A stretch of DNA of 64,000 bases from Eledone cirrhosa (lineage: Eukaryota). Positions within the stretch are counted from its first letter, which is position 1; the number at the start of each line of letters is the position of its first letter. The stretch spans positions 1-64,000 of the forward strand of contig CAXHJY010001097.1 in assembly GCA_964016885.1 (NCBI GenBank). The letters run 5' to 3'. The translations under genes and the position numbers were made by a program. Positions 12,813 through 25,200 of this stretch are shown piece by piece. A model generated the notes under the pieces. That model searched no databases, had not been told where the DNA came from, and saw only the letters and a list, made by a program, of their open reading frames with translations.

Positions 12813-15302
12813 GATGTGGTCATCTATGTCTGATGTGGTCATCTAGCTGTCTGATGTGGTCATCTATGTCTGATGTGGTCATCTAGCTGTCTGGTGTGGT
12901 CATCTAGCTGTCTGATGTGGTCATCTATGTCTGATGTGGTCATCTAGCTGTCTGGTATGGTCATCTAGCTGTCTGGTGTGGTCATCTAGCTGTCTGATGT
13001 GGTCATCTAGCTGTCTGATGTGGTCGTCGAGCTGTCTCGTGTGGTCATCTATGTCTGATGTGGTCATCTAGCTGTCTGATGTGGTCATCTAGGTCTGATG
13101 TGGTCATCTAGCTGTATGGTGTGGTCGTCTAGCTGTCTGGTGTGGTCATCTAGCTGCTTGATGTGGTCATCTAGCTGTCTGATGTGGTCATCTAGCTGTC
13201 TGATGTGGTCACCTAGCTGTCTGATGTGGTCATCTAGCTGTCTGAGGTGGTCGTCGAGCTGTCTCGTGTGGTCATCTAGCTGTCTGATGTGGTCATCTAG
13301 CTGTCTGATGTGATCATCTAGCTGTCTGATGTGGTCATCTAGCTGTCTGATGTGGTCAGCTATGTCTGATGTGGTCATCTAGCTGTCTGGTGTGGTCATC
13401 TAGCTGTCTGATGTGGTCATCTAGCTGTCTGATGTGGTCGTCTAGCTGTCTGGTGTGGTCATCTAGCTGTATGGTGTGGTCATCTAGCTCTGATGTGGTC
13501 GTCTAGCTGTCTGATGTGGTCATCTAGCTGTCTGATGTGGTCATCTAGCTGTCTGATGTGGTCATCTAGCTGTCTGATGTGGTCGTCTAGCTGTCTGATG
13601 TGGTCATCTAGCTGTATGGTGTGGTCGTCTAGCTGTCTGGTGTGGTCATCTAGCTGTCTGATGTGGTCGTCTAGCTGTCTGATGTGGTCATCTAGCTGTC
13701 TGATGTGGTCATCTAGCTGTCTGATGTGGTCATCTAGCTGTCTGATGTGGTCATCTAGCTGTCTGATGTGGTCGTCTAGCTGTCTGATGTGGTCATCTAG
13801 CTGTCTGGTGTGGTCATCTAGCTGTCTGGTGTGGTCATCTAGCTGTCTGATGTGGTCGTCTAGCTGTCTGATGTGGTCATCTAGCTGTATGGTGTGGTCG
13901 TCTAGCTGTCTGGTGTGGTTATCTAGCTGTCTGATGTGGTCATCTAGCTGTCTGGTGTGGTCATCTAGCTGTCTGATGTGGTCGTCTAGCTGTCTGATGT
14001 GGTCATCTAGCTGTATGGTGTGGTCGTCTAGCTGTCTGGTGTGGTTATCTAGCTGTCTGATGTGGTCATCTAGCTGTCTGATGTGGTCATCTAGCTGTCT
14101 GATGTGGTCACCTAGCTGTCTGATGTGGTCGTCGAGCTGTCTGATGTGGTCGTCTAGCTGTCTGGTGTGGTCATCTAGCTGTATGGTGTGGTCATCTAGC
14201 TCTGATGTGGTCGTCTAGCTGTCTGATGTGGTCATCTAGCTGTCTGATGTGGTCATCTAGCTGTCTGATGTGGTCATCTAGCTGTCTGATGTGGTCGTCT
14301 AGCTGTCTGATGTGGTCGTCTAGCTGTCTGATGTGGTCATCTAGCTGTCTGGTGTGGTCATCTAGCTGTCTGATGTGGTCGTCTAGCTGTATGGTGTGGT
14401 CGTCTAGCTGTCTGGTGTGGTCATCTAGCTGTCTGATGTGGTCATCTAGCTGTCTGATGTGGTCATCTAGCTGTCTGGTGTGGTCATCTAGCTGTCTGGT
14501 GTGGTCATCTAGCTGTCTGATGTGGTCGTCTAGCTGTCTGATGTGGTCACCTAGCTGTCTGATGTGGTCATCTAGCTGTCTGATGTGGTCGTCTAGCTGT
14601 CTGATGTGGTCATCTAGCTGTCTGATGTGGTCATCTAGCTGTATGGTGTGGTCGTCTAGCTGTCTGGTGTGGTTATCTAGCTGTCTGATGTGGTCATCTA
14701 GCTGTCTGATGTGGTCATCTAGCTGTCTGATGTGGTCACCTAGCTGTCTGATGTGGTCGTCGAGCTGTCTGATGTGGTCATCTAGCTGTATGGTGTGGTC
14801 ATCTAGCTGTCTGATGTGGTCATCTAGCTGTCTGGTGTGGTCATCTAGCTGTCTGATGTGGTCGTCTAGCTGTCTGATGTGGTCATCTAACTGTCTGGTG
14901 TGGTCATCTAGCTGTCTGATGTGGTCATCTAGCTGTCTGATGTGGTCGTCGAGCTGTCTGATGTGGTCATCTAGCTGTCAGATGTGGTCATCTAGCTGTC
15001 TGTTGTGGTCATCTAGCTGTCTGGTGTGGTCATCTAGCTGTCTGTTGTGGTCATCTAGCTGTCTGGTGTGGTCATCTAGCTGTCTGTTGTGGTCATCTAG
15101 CTGTCTGGTGTGGTCATCTAGCTGTCTGGTGTGGTCATCTATGTCTGATGTGGTCATCTATGTCTGGTGTGGTCATCTTGCTGTCTGATGTGGTCATCTA
15201 GCTGTATGGTGTGGTCATCTAGCTGTCTGATGTGGTCATCTAGCTGTCTGATGTGGTCATCTAGCTGTCTGATGTGGTCATCTAGCTGTCTGGTGTGGTC
15301 AT
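12809..15302. repeat. 21-bp minisatellite (TGTGGTCATCTAGCTGTCTGA), ~119 units
   Basis: Direct tandem array with point variants and occasional 19-nt units. Confidence 0.97.
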
Positions 15303-15539
15303 TGTTGTTATATAATGGTTATACAACCATTATATATATATAACAGTGAATATGAATAAACAAAGTTAATTTTAGCCTGTTAACTTACACTTGTTTTCTA
15401 TATATACTAGACCACCAGTGACCTGTTGGGTCACGTTCACTTAAATATAATTTTTAAATAATTAAAATGTACACAGACATGTATATAATGTAACATGAAA
15501 TTGGATAGCCCATATATACATATATATATCTATATATAA

Positions 15540-16220
15540 TTGTTGTTGGATGCTTAAAGCATCCGTATGCGGTAGGCCGTATGAGCACTCAATGCCCTCG
15601 TAGAGCAGAGTATGACATCACAGAAAAAAGAGAATCAGTGTTGCGATGAAAGGAATTTATTGGACATATTACATATGCTTCTCGGGCGACCAGCTCGAGG
15701 CACGATCGATATGGTGATCAAACCTGACTCTGAAATCACTCGGTCGTCGGATACTTCTCGATTCTACGAAGCAGATTTTCCTATAAAATCTGCTTCGTAG
15801 AATCATTTTTTTCAAAATATCAATTCAAAAGTTGTCTAATTCATTTTTGTGTAAAGCATTATTTTCAAATGAGAAATTCAAAGTTTAATTATTTAAATAC
15901 ATGAAAATATATTTCATACTTTGTCCTAATAAAGAACTTCAGGGTAAACAACGTAAAAGGGGCAGTGCTTTTTTTGTTGATTTACGTTTAATTAATAGAA
16001 AAACCCCGTGATAAAAGAGGTTCAAATATTCAAGTTATGGGCTTCCAATATTTTCACAATAGGGGGTTTAACCCCCGTGAGGGTATCTTAATGTTATTGA
16101 AATTTGCTGAAATTTTGTGAATAGACATCATATCTTGTCCTTTACCTATGGTTTAAATTTCATATAAATCGAAGGAAAATATTTTCAGCAGGGGTTTGTG
16201 CCCCGGGGAAATCTTTGATT
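15540..16220. mobile_element. Possible non-autonomous DNA element (Helentron/HINE-like) with a 20-bp stem hairpin at 15760-15804
   Basis: Perfect stem gattctacgaagcagatttt / aaaatctgcttcgtagaatc and aaatttcat..aaatcg motifs reminiscent of mollusc HINE-type repeats. Boundaries are uncertain. Confidence 0.3.
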
Positions 16221-16465
16221 AAAATGAAATATACTTATCCGTATCTATATATATATGTGTGTGTGTGTATATATATATATATGTATATATATTTATTTTA
16301 TAAGATGTGTTCAATCGTCGACATCGAAAATAAATAAAACAATTTAGATTGAGAAGAAAGAATGAAATGTAAAATAAGAAAATATTTTTAAAAATGGCAA
16401 ACAAAGGGAAACCGAAGGGCTCTAGTGTCACAGAAGAATGGGGAAGGTGATTAGGGTCTGGGACT

Positions 16466-17462
16466 AGGGCACGGCGTTAATGAGGGATCTACCTCCTTCG
16501 AATGGGAAGAGGCTGATTCCATCACGGCACTTGCCATCTCGGCGGTCAAGGCCCGCTGACTCCAGTTGTGATGAGAAGTCAGTTCCATCCAGGTTCCTTC
16601 TCAATATGTCGTTGAGAGCGGTAGGTTGGGGGAACCAGCCTGTACTCTGGCAGCAACACAGTGGATGCATGCAGAGCTTGACTATGACTGCCCCACAACA
16701 GCATTTGTGTAGCACATACATGCGGAGGCCGAGGCATTGTGCCTTTCTGATGTGAGTGCACTTGTCACCATGAAGTGTACCAGTTTATGAGGAGGGCACC
16801 GAATTGAGACACACTCTGATTTTTGGCTGTGAGGTGGAGTGGAAGCAGGTGAGGTGGTGTTTGTCTAAGCCAGACTGAAAGTAGACCTCCATTTGATGTC
16901 ATTCTAGTTGCGTTGGATATTTGTATACTTGGGGGCAGAGGAGCCTTCGCCTGTCCAGTCGGCCAGAGCCTGTTCAATCCCTGGGACCACATCTGGTTTG
17001 GTCATCTGGCTGAGAACCTGGTTGATGAGAACACGACTGGAGGAGATTGAGGAATGGTACGCAGGTAGAGCCAGATCGAAAACTGATTGGAGGCGAGGGC
17101 AACAAACCTCACTAGGAGCTTTGCCTGTTGCCAGTCGGTGCTGTCGAAACTGACATTGCAGATGAGTTCTGCACAACATTGGATGGTGGCATCAAGTTCT
17201 CCGAGAAGATCCGTGCGGGGGTGGCAAGGTGCACCATGCAGCATGAACATAAATTTGGGGAGGGCGAAGCAGTTCCTCAAGTATTCTCTTATGGCTTTTG
17301 AGAGAAATGGAGAGCTGAGAATGCATGCGGCATCTTTGGGTGTTAGCCAGGGCTCGGACAGGACAGGATGGGTGCTGAGTATGGCATTGTGGAATTCAGC
17401 CTCTCTGTAGTTGACGTTTGTTGCCTCACACTTGGATGGGCTCATCTCAAGTCCAAGGAGCT
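16466..17462 (-). mobile_element. Decayed CRE-clade (restriction-like endonuclease) non-LTR retrotransposon fragment
   Basis: LRNCFALPKFMFMLHGAPC...LICNVSFDSTDWQQAKL (post-RT region), then C-C-G..H.L.C and LNDILRRNL...LESAGLDRRDGKCRDGISLFPFEGGRSL, matching the zinc knuckle and R-P-D-G RLE region. Frameshifted. Confidence 0.7.
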
Positions 17463-17557
17463 TTAGATAGTATTAGTAATTGGAAATAATGTTTCCTCGG
17501 TCCAATTTGATGGAAGTCGATCGACTGTCGATATATATATATATATATATATATATA

Positions 17558-17713
17558 ACGAAGGAAATATGGTAAGGAACCAGGTGGACCATAACGCATC
17601 AAAGTACTCAATACTTAGGGTAGTAGAGTGGGTAATAGGAACCAGTAAGACCCCGACGGCTGAGCTCAAGCCGTTTCGACGGCTTGAGCTCAGCCGTCGG
17701 GGTCTTACTGGTT

Positions 17714-17717
<4 letters not shown>
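17558..17717 (-). mobile_element. Penelope-like fold-back element, family B
   Basis: Near-identical to 9513-9706 in the opposite orientation, with a shorter hairpin (apex TTCG at ~17675-17678). In (TA)n. Confidence 0.7.
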
Positions 17718-17758
<41 letters not shown>

Positions 17759-17788
17759 AGATCAAAAGATGGTTAAAGGAGTTCAATA

Positions 17789-17859
17789 TATTTTATTATG
17801 CGCATTTCAAAAACAAACATCATCAAACAATAATATTTGTGTTTTCATCAGATAAAACA
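17789..17859 (-). ncRNA. Minimal type I hammerhead ribozyme (family C, inverted copy)
   Basis: Reverse complement of 18001-18071. Confidence 0.8.
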
Positions 17860-18000
17860 GGAGAACATGATATGAAGGCTAAAAAAACACTTGTTGATAG
17901 TGCAGTTTTAAATCAACATATCATGTTTAAATCAACATATATGTTGATTTAAAACTGCACTATCAACAAGTGTTTTTTTAGCCTTCATATCATGTTCTCC

Positions 18001-18071
18001 TGTTTTATCTGATGAAAACACAAATATTATTGTTTGATGATGTTTGTTTTTGAAATGCGCATAATAAAATA
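18001..18071 (+). ncRNA. Minimal type I hammerhead ribozyme (family C)
   Basis: Stem I TGTTTTAT/ATAAAATA; CTGATGA 18009-18015; ~16-bp AU-rich stem II; GAAA 18052-18055; palindromic stem III T-GCGC-A; AUA cleavage triplet ending at 18063. Confidence 0.85.
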
Positions 18072-18192
18072 TATTGAACTCCTTTAACCATCTTTTGATC
18101 TTATATTATGCATACTCCAGTCCCACAAACTGTAGAGTGCTTCTTATCCGATATCTGCATTGCTTTATTGTACTACAATAAAACTCACCTCC

Positions 18193-18257
<65 letters not shown>

Positions 18258-18880
18258 TGGTGGACTAGGTCTAAAAATATTGGTTGCCAGGAGATAAAGG
18301 GTGCCCACCCACATATAGAATGCTATCATTTAATTTTTATAATGAATAAATTACATTTTCAAAAAATACATAAGTGAAAACAAAACAGTGCAATCAAATA
18401 TTTGCAGGAAAAATGTTTATTTTACTAATTAAAGTGTATATATATAGTACATATTACTGGCAGTATACAGTAATACTAAATGTTAATACAGAATGTTATG
18501 ATTGTAATTTTAAATAATTGTGAATGTATAACATACTGTTATTTAGAGTAGAGTGTGCAAGTGACTGGTCTTATCTTCTCCAATAAAATATTTAAAATAA
18601 CTTGTGAAATATACACATCCAGAGACTTTCAATAATGACCTTTGGTCTTTCACACTCACTCAATATATATATCTGGGAGTGGGTGTATGTGTGTATATGT
18701 ACATATATAGAGATTTATAAATATGTATAAATACAGGTTTTCAACTTGTACAAACATTACTTGGTGACACATTCTCCAAGGGACTTTAGACTGAAGAACT
18801 GACCTCTAATTGATTTTACATATGTCTTTAACCCATTGATATCTAAAGTTATTTGGCCAGCAGCTCCTCTGTATCTGTAA

Positions 18881-18925
<45 letters not shown>

Positions 18926-19303
18926 TGTGTGTGTGTGTCTGTGTATGTATACATGCAGCAATTAATACAGTAAGCTAGACAACCAGTGATTCTGTTAGCA
19001 CTATCATATATTTTAGTTTCTATTAATTCCCTGGGGAATTGTTTGACCAATTGCTTTACTTATTTCTTTATTTATCTTTAAACAATGTTTCTTCTTTCTC
19101 TTAGACATATTGTTAAATATATTTTTGAAAGCAAAGCATTGGCCCCCTCAAATACTACAGTGGGACCTCCTGAAATGCTGCTCTGGGGCCCACTTGCCAT
19201 TGGGCAGCCAGGCATGTCCTCCACTATATATAAAAAATATATAAAATATGTATATATATATAATATATATATATATATTCAATATATATATATATACAAT
19301 ATA

Positions 19304-19387
<84 letters not shown>

Positions 19388-19449
19388 CATATATATATAC
19401 AATATATATATATATACAATATATATATATATACAATATATATATATAT

Positions 19450-19489
<40 letters not shown>

Positions 19490-19508
19490 ATATATATATA
19501 TATATACA

Positions 19509-19823
19509 CACCACCCCGTTCTATGTAAAGTTATGTTGGTGCTGCGCCATCCAGGCCGAAACAAATGAGATCGTGTAGGTGTCACGACAAAAAAACACAC
19601 AGTCCACGCTGTAATGTGGCCGTGTAGGCAACACGGTAAAAACCTCCCAGACCCACACTGTAAATGTGGTTGGTGTTAGGAAGGGCATCCAACTGTAGAA
19701 AACCTGCCAGACAGTCCTATGCGGGCAAGACAATCACTCTTGCCTCAAGTGGGACTACCCCCGTCCAAACCCATGCAAGCGTGGAACACGGACGTTAAAC
19801 GTTGATGATGATGATGATGATGA
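19509..19823 (+). mobile_element. RTE LINE 3' UTR-only copy with (GAT)n tail
   Basis: Near-identical reverse complement of 22243-22556. Confidence 0.9.
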
Positions 19824-19851
19824 TACAATATATATATATATATATATATAT

Positions 19852-19930
<79 letters not shown>

Positions 19931-20019
19931 ATATATATATATATATATATACAAAATATATATATATATATATATATACAATATATATATATATATATAT
20001 ATATACACTATATATATAT

Positions 20020-20198
20020 AACGAAGGAAATGTGGTAAGGAACCAGGTGGACTATAACGCACCAAAGTACTCAATACTTAGTGTAGTACAGTGGGTAATA
20101 GGAAAAGTGTCAGGTCCCCGACAGCTGAACTCCGGCTATTTCAACAGCTAGATCAGAACAGCTGGAGCTCAGCCGTCGGGGACCTGACTCTTTTCCTA
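20020..20198 (-). mobile_element. Penelope-like fold-back element, family B (diverged)
   Basis: Same tail and imperfect inverted arms as 9513-9706. In (TA)n. Confidence 0.65.
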
Positions 20199-20204
20199 TA
20201 TATA

Positions 20205-20630
20205 TCTGCAACTGCAGAGGATATGCGACAGCTGGAGAGAAATGAGGCAAGCAGGCTCCGTTGGATGTGCAATGTCAACGTGTGTGAACGACTCAGCATG
20301 AATGTGTTGAGAGAGAAACTGTGTCTGAGAGGGATAGAATGTAGTGTACGGGAGAGGAGACTGAGGTGGTATGTACATGTGATGCGCATGGGGGATGACC
20401 GATGGGTGAAGAAGTGCCAGGAAATGCCAGTTGAAGGAAGACGTGGTAGAGGTAGACCACGAAAAACATGGGCGGAGGTGGTGAGAACAGACCTCAGATA
20501 GCTGAAGCTCACAGTGGAGATGACGAAGGACCGTGACAATTGGAGAGATGCTGTGCTGAATAAGACACGTCCCACCCTTGCAAGCAGGGAAGAGCGGACG
20601 TAAAATGATGATAATAATAATAATGATAAT
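20205..20630 (+). mobile_element. 5'-truncated RTE LINE (C-terminal ~95 aa + tail)
   Basis: AEDMRQLERNEASRLRWMC...RRLRWYVHVMRM...GRRGRGRPRKTW; GAT/AAT tail. Confidence 0.9.
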
Positions 20631-21616
20631 AATATAAGAGAGTGTTCAGGTTTGCTTGAAGCATTGTGGAATAAGAAAAATAGTCAGTTTGGAAGCCTCG
20701 GCGATGTATAATATATATATATAATATATAGATATATATATATATAAAAAATATATGTAATGTATAATATATTTATACAGAGTTGTAATTATTAATTACC
20801 AGCATATTATCCACTAATCTTTCCCCTGGGTATCGCTGGGTTCTACTTCGAGTTTATCGATATTTCCACCCTTTTTAAATCTATTATTTCTTAACTTCCT
20901 TCTGTATAGTGTATAATATTAGCAGGAAATGAAAGGGTATTTATAGGTATAGAGATTTTCAATATATATTGGATGACTTTATCATAAATTAAATGTTTTA
21001 GTATTTTCAAAATAATTAAAATGTTTATAGTAATAATATTGACTCAAGTAATTAACACTATATTAGATTAATTACACTATTAGATTGTGTTGTGGTGACA
21101 TGTCAAAGATATTGTTTTTAATTGTCGACTGAAATATCTAAATTTTACTAAGAATTTCATACAATTATTGTGTTAGTAATTTTAGATTAATTAAAAGTTA
21201 TTTAAAAGTATTTACCTTAGTCAGAAATTTCTCTGTCTTTGAGGCGACTTGTTGATTCGTTTGTGATTTTCGCATTACTGACTGGAAACCTTTCAATAGT
21301 TTTATTATATAAAGATCTTGGTTACCTGTGTGAGAAGGTGGGGGAGATTAAAGCATGTCTATATTTGGGAGTGCCATTATCATAGATATGTGTGGGTGTG
21401 CCTATGTATGTGTAATCGTGTCTATCAATATATATATATGTGTGTGTGTGTGTCAGTCTATATTTGGAAGTGTTATTCTGAAAGATATGTGTGTCAGTAT
21501 CTGAGTGTGTATGAGATGGTTGCTACTAATGGGATTGTAGAAGGGGTGTCTGAAGACATTATCTTTGGTCCCCTCCCATAATGAGGGAATAGAAAAGAAG
21601 AAATATTATCACACAC

Positions 21617-21651
<35 letters not shown>

Positions 21652-21733
21652 GTTTCTACACCTCAAATCTGTCAGTCACTATCTCTTTCTCTCCCTCTTT
21701 TAGTTTCATATATATATATATACACACACACAC

Positions 21734-21784
<51 letters not shown>

Positions 21785-21809
21785 CACATATATATATAAA
21801 TATATACAC

Positions 21810-21902
<93 letters not shown>

Positions 21903-21954
21903 TATATAAATATATACACACATATATACACACACACACACACACATATATATG

Positions 21955-22180
21955 AAGGCGTGTGACTGACTGGTTAGAGAATTGGATTCACAATCTTGAG
22001 GTTGTGAGTTCAATTCCTGGACCAGACGAGGCGATGCGTTACGTCCTTGAGCAAGACACTTTATTTCACATTGCTCCTTCTACCTGGAGTTGTGACAGGT
22101 AGATAGTATTAGCAATTGGAAAGACCAACGGAGACATTGTTTCCCTGGTCCAATTTGACAAAAGTCGATCGACTGTCGAT
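21955..22180 (+). mobile_element. tRNA-derived SINE (CORE-like central domain)
   Basis: A-box-like TGACTGACTGG, B-box GAGTTCAATTCC, then gtccttgagcaagacactttatttcac. Confidence 0.75.
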
Positions 22181-22192
22181 ATACATATATAT

Positions 22193-22242
<50 letters not shown>

Positions 22243-22246
<4 letters not shown>

Positions 22247-25200
22247 TCATCATCATCATCAACGTTTAACGTCCGTGTTCCACGCTTGCATGGGTTTGGA
22301 CGGGGGTAGTCTCACTTGAGGCAAGAGTGATTGTCTTGCTCGCATAGGACTGTCTGGCAGGTTTTCTACAGTTGGATGCCCTTCCTAACACCAACCACAT
22401 TTACAGTGTGGGTCTGGGAGGTTTTTACCGTGTTGCCTACACGGCCACATTACAGCGTGGACTGTGTGTTTTTTTGTCGTGACACCTACACGATCTCATT
22501 TGTTTCGGCCCGGATGGCGCGGCACCAACATAACTTTACATAGGACGGGGTGGTGTGGATGGGGTGGGGGTGGTGGTGGTGGGACGGGGTGTATTTTGTT
22601 AGAGATGCCTACTGGCAAGGCGGGTCTTCTCTGTTACTGAGTACCGCCAAAGGTCTCGGTCCAGTGACATTGTCTTGGAGAGGTGTAAGTGTGTGAGGTC
22701 GGAGTTTATCAGCTCGTCCCAGGTTTTTCTAGGTCTGCCTATTCCGTGGCTACCGTCTATCTTTATTGCCCTGCACTTTGTTATACAGCTATCGACTTTC
22801 ATGCGCATCACGTGTCCATACCAACGTAGCCTTCTCTCGAGTAAACAACATCTGATCCCTCTTATCTCTAATTTTTTCCTTAGTTCGTTTATGCTTTGCC
22901 GTTCACGTATATTACTGTTACACATCCAGCGGAGCATGCAAGCTTCGTTCCTCTCTAGTCTGCGTATATCCTCTGCACACAATGCCCAGGTCTCACTGCC
23001 ATGCAACATTGCTGTTCGTATGCAGGCATCGTACAACCTGCTTTTCATTTTTAGGGAGAACCCTTTAGCAGCTAATAGTGGTATAAGCTCTCTGAACTTT
23101 TTCCAACCAGTTCTGACTCTAGCTACAGTACTTTCAGAGCACCCTCCCCCACTGCTGATTTTATCGCCCAGGTAACGGAAGCTGTCCACTATTTCTATAG
23201 AACCCTCTGCGCAATTGAAAGAGCTAGTATTGTGTGGGCACTTGCTGCTACTTATTGCACCAGAACACCGGCCACATGTAAAATCTATGTTCTTAGTTAG
23301 CTTACCTGTGATCCCACTACATCTTTTATGCACCCATACTTTGCATTTAGGACACAAAATGGAGTTTCTACCTACGCCTTTCCTACACACCGAGCACGAC
23401 CATTTCCCAGAAGGGACCGCCGCCTTGTTTTCTTTCCTACAAACTAGAACTTTGGTCTTAGCCAGGTTAATTTTAAGTCCTTTTGACTCTAGGCCGTGCT
23501 TCCATGTTTGGAATTTCTTCTCTAGCTCGGCCATTGATTCCGCTATGAGTGTCAGGTCGTCTGCGTATAGGAGTTCCCATGGGCAGCCTGTCTTGAACTC
23601 CTCTGTTATAGCCTGAAGGGCAATAATAAATAGTAGGGGGCTGAGAACAGAGCCCTGATGGACGCCGACTTTTACGCTAAACTCTTCACTATATTCGTTG
23701 TTAATTCTAACCTTGCTGACTGTTTCTTTATACATGGCTTGTATAGCCCTCACAAGCCATTCGTCAACGCCTAGTTTTCTAAGAGCCCACCAGATAATGG
23801 AGCGGGGGACTCTGTCCAAGGCTTTCTCCAAGTCGACAAAAGCTAAGTAGAGGGGTTTACCTTTAGCTAGGTACTTCTCCTGTAGTTGTCGTACTATGAA
23901 AAGAGCGTCTGTGGTACTTTTGCCTGACACAAACCCGAACTGCATTTCATCTAGGTCAATTCTCTCTCTGATTAGTTGCGCTATTACTTTTTCTGTGACC
24001 TTCATGACCTGGTCGATTAATTTAATGCCTCTATAGTTACTCCTATCTAGGGCGTCTCCTTTACCCTTATAACAGTTAACGATGATGCTGCTATGCCAGT
24101 CCTTCGGAACAACCCCATTCTGTACGACTTGGTTAACTATGCGGGTGACCATGGTGTGTCCCACCGTGCCAGATGCCTTCAGCATCTCAGCAACTATTTC
24201 CGAAGGCCCAGCCGCCTTACCTGTCTTCATATCCTTGATTGCCTTACTTATTATACTCCCCTCGACTAACACTGCTGGTCCCTCTATTGGGTCGACATGG
24301 GGGAGACTGTCTTTCTCCCATTTATTCTCCTCATTTAGTAGCCTTTCATAGTGACACTTCCAAGCTGCCTTCTTATCAGTGTCGGTGATGGCAAGTATGC
24401 CATCATCGTTAAGTACACACTTCTCCCCGACAATATCACGGTTTTCCTTGACGCATTGCCTAGCAATCCTGAACACCTCACGTTTTTGGTCATCGCGTTG
24501 TAGGACATGCTTGAACTTTCTTTCCTCAGCTTCCCTTCTTGCTAAGTACACTTCTCTCCTAGCTTCCCTCCTGGCCACTTGATAGTCTACTCTACTTCCC
24601 CCATCCCGCCATACTTTCCAAGCCTGCTTTTTGGCCTTAATTGACTCCTCCACCTTACTGTTCCACCACCATGTTACTCTCCTCCTGCCTACAGGCCTGC
24701 TCCAGCCACAGACTTCGTCTGTGGCCAACAGCAGGTTTGCTTTCAGAAATTCCCACTGTCCCTCTATATTGTCCGACTCTAAGTGTTCTTCCTTACTGTC
24801 GAAAGCATCAAGTAATATGTTTTGAAATTTATTTTTGGCTGTGGGGTCCTTTAGCTTCCATATTTTTCTCCTGAGGATAGTCCTCTTCTGCTGTCGAGTA
24901 CGTCTCGACCTGACTATGAGGTCGCTAATTATCAGTCTATGTTGGGAGGTGCATTCTTCATGGGGGAGGGATTTAGTGTTTACAACAGACACTCTGTCAC
25001 GTCTTCTGGTAAGGATATAATCTACCTGGCTTGTGTGTTCCCCGGATCTATAGGTGATCAGGTGATTGTCACGTTTTTTGAAGTTAGTGTTACAGATAGT
25101 TAGGTTATTTGCATCACAGAATTCCAGGATTCTGGAGCCTTCCTCATTTCTAGTACCAAACCCATAGCCTCCATGGATTTCGTCGTAGCCGTCACAATGT

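Larger units (their letters stand above)
17752..18196 (+). mobile_element. Penelope-like element, family C: ~170-bp inverted pLTR pair + ~87-nt tail, in (TA)n
   Basis: Arms 17752-17920 and 17940-18109 are reverse complements. Each arm carries a complete hammerhead. Confidence 0.75.

Noticed and set aside
13098-15188. Plus-strand ORFs (MWSSSCL)n
   Set aside because: Artefact of the 21-bp period; implausible composition.
18736-18876. Exon-like segment readable on either strand (YRGAAGQITLDING... on minus; FQLVQTLLGDTFSKGL* on plus)
   Set aside because: Cannot choose a strand or recognise a family. It also lies between weak inverted ends (18255, 19226) that may belong to a MITE.
21216-21275. 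Possible minus-strand first exon MRKSQTNQQVASKTEKFLTK|GTAAAT, phase-compatible with the AG at 6376-6375
   Set aside because: Only 20 codons with no homology or transcript support; could be chance.
21955-22030. tRNA gene
   Set aside because: Pol III boxes continue into a SINE body with no proper acceptor stem.
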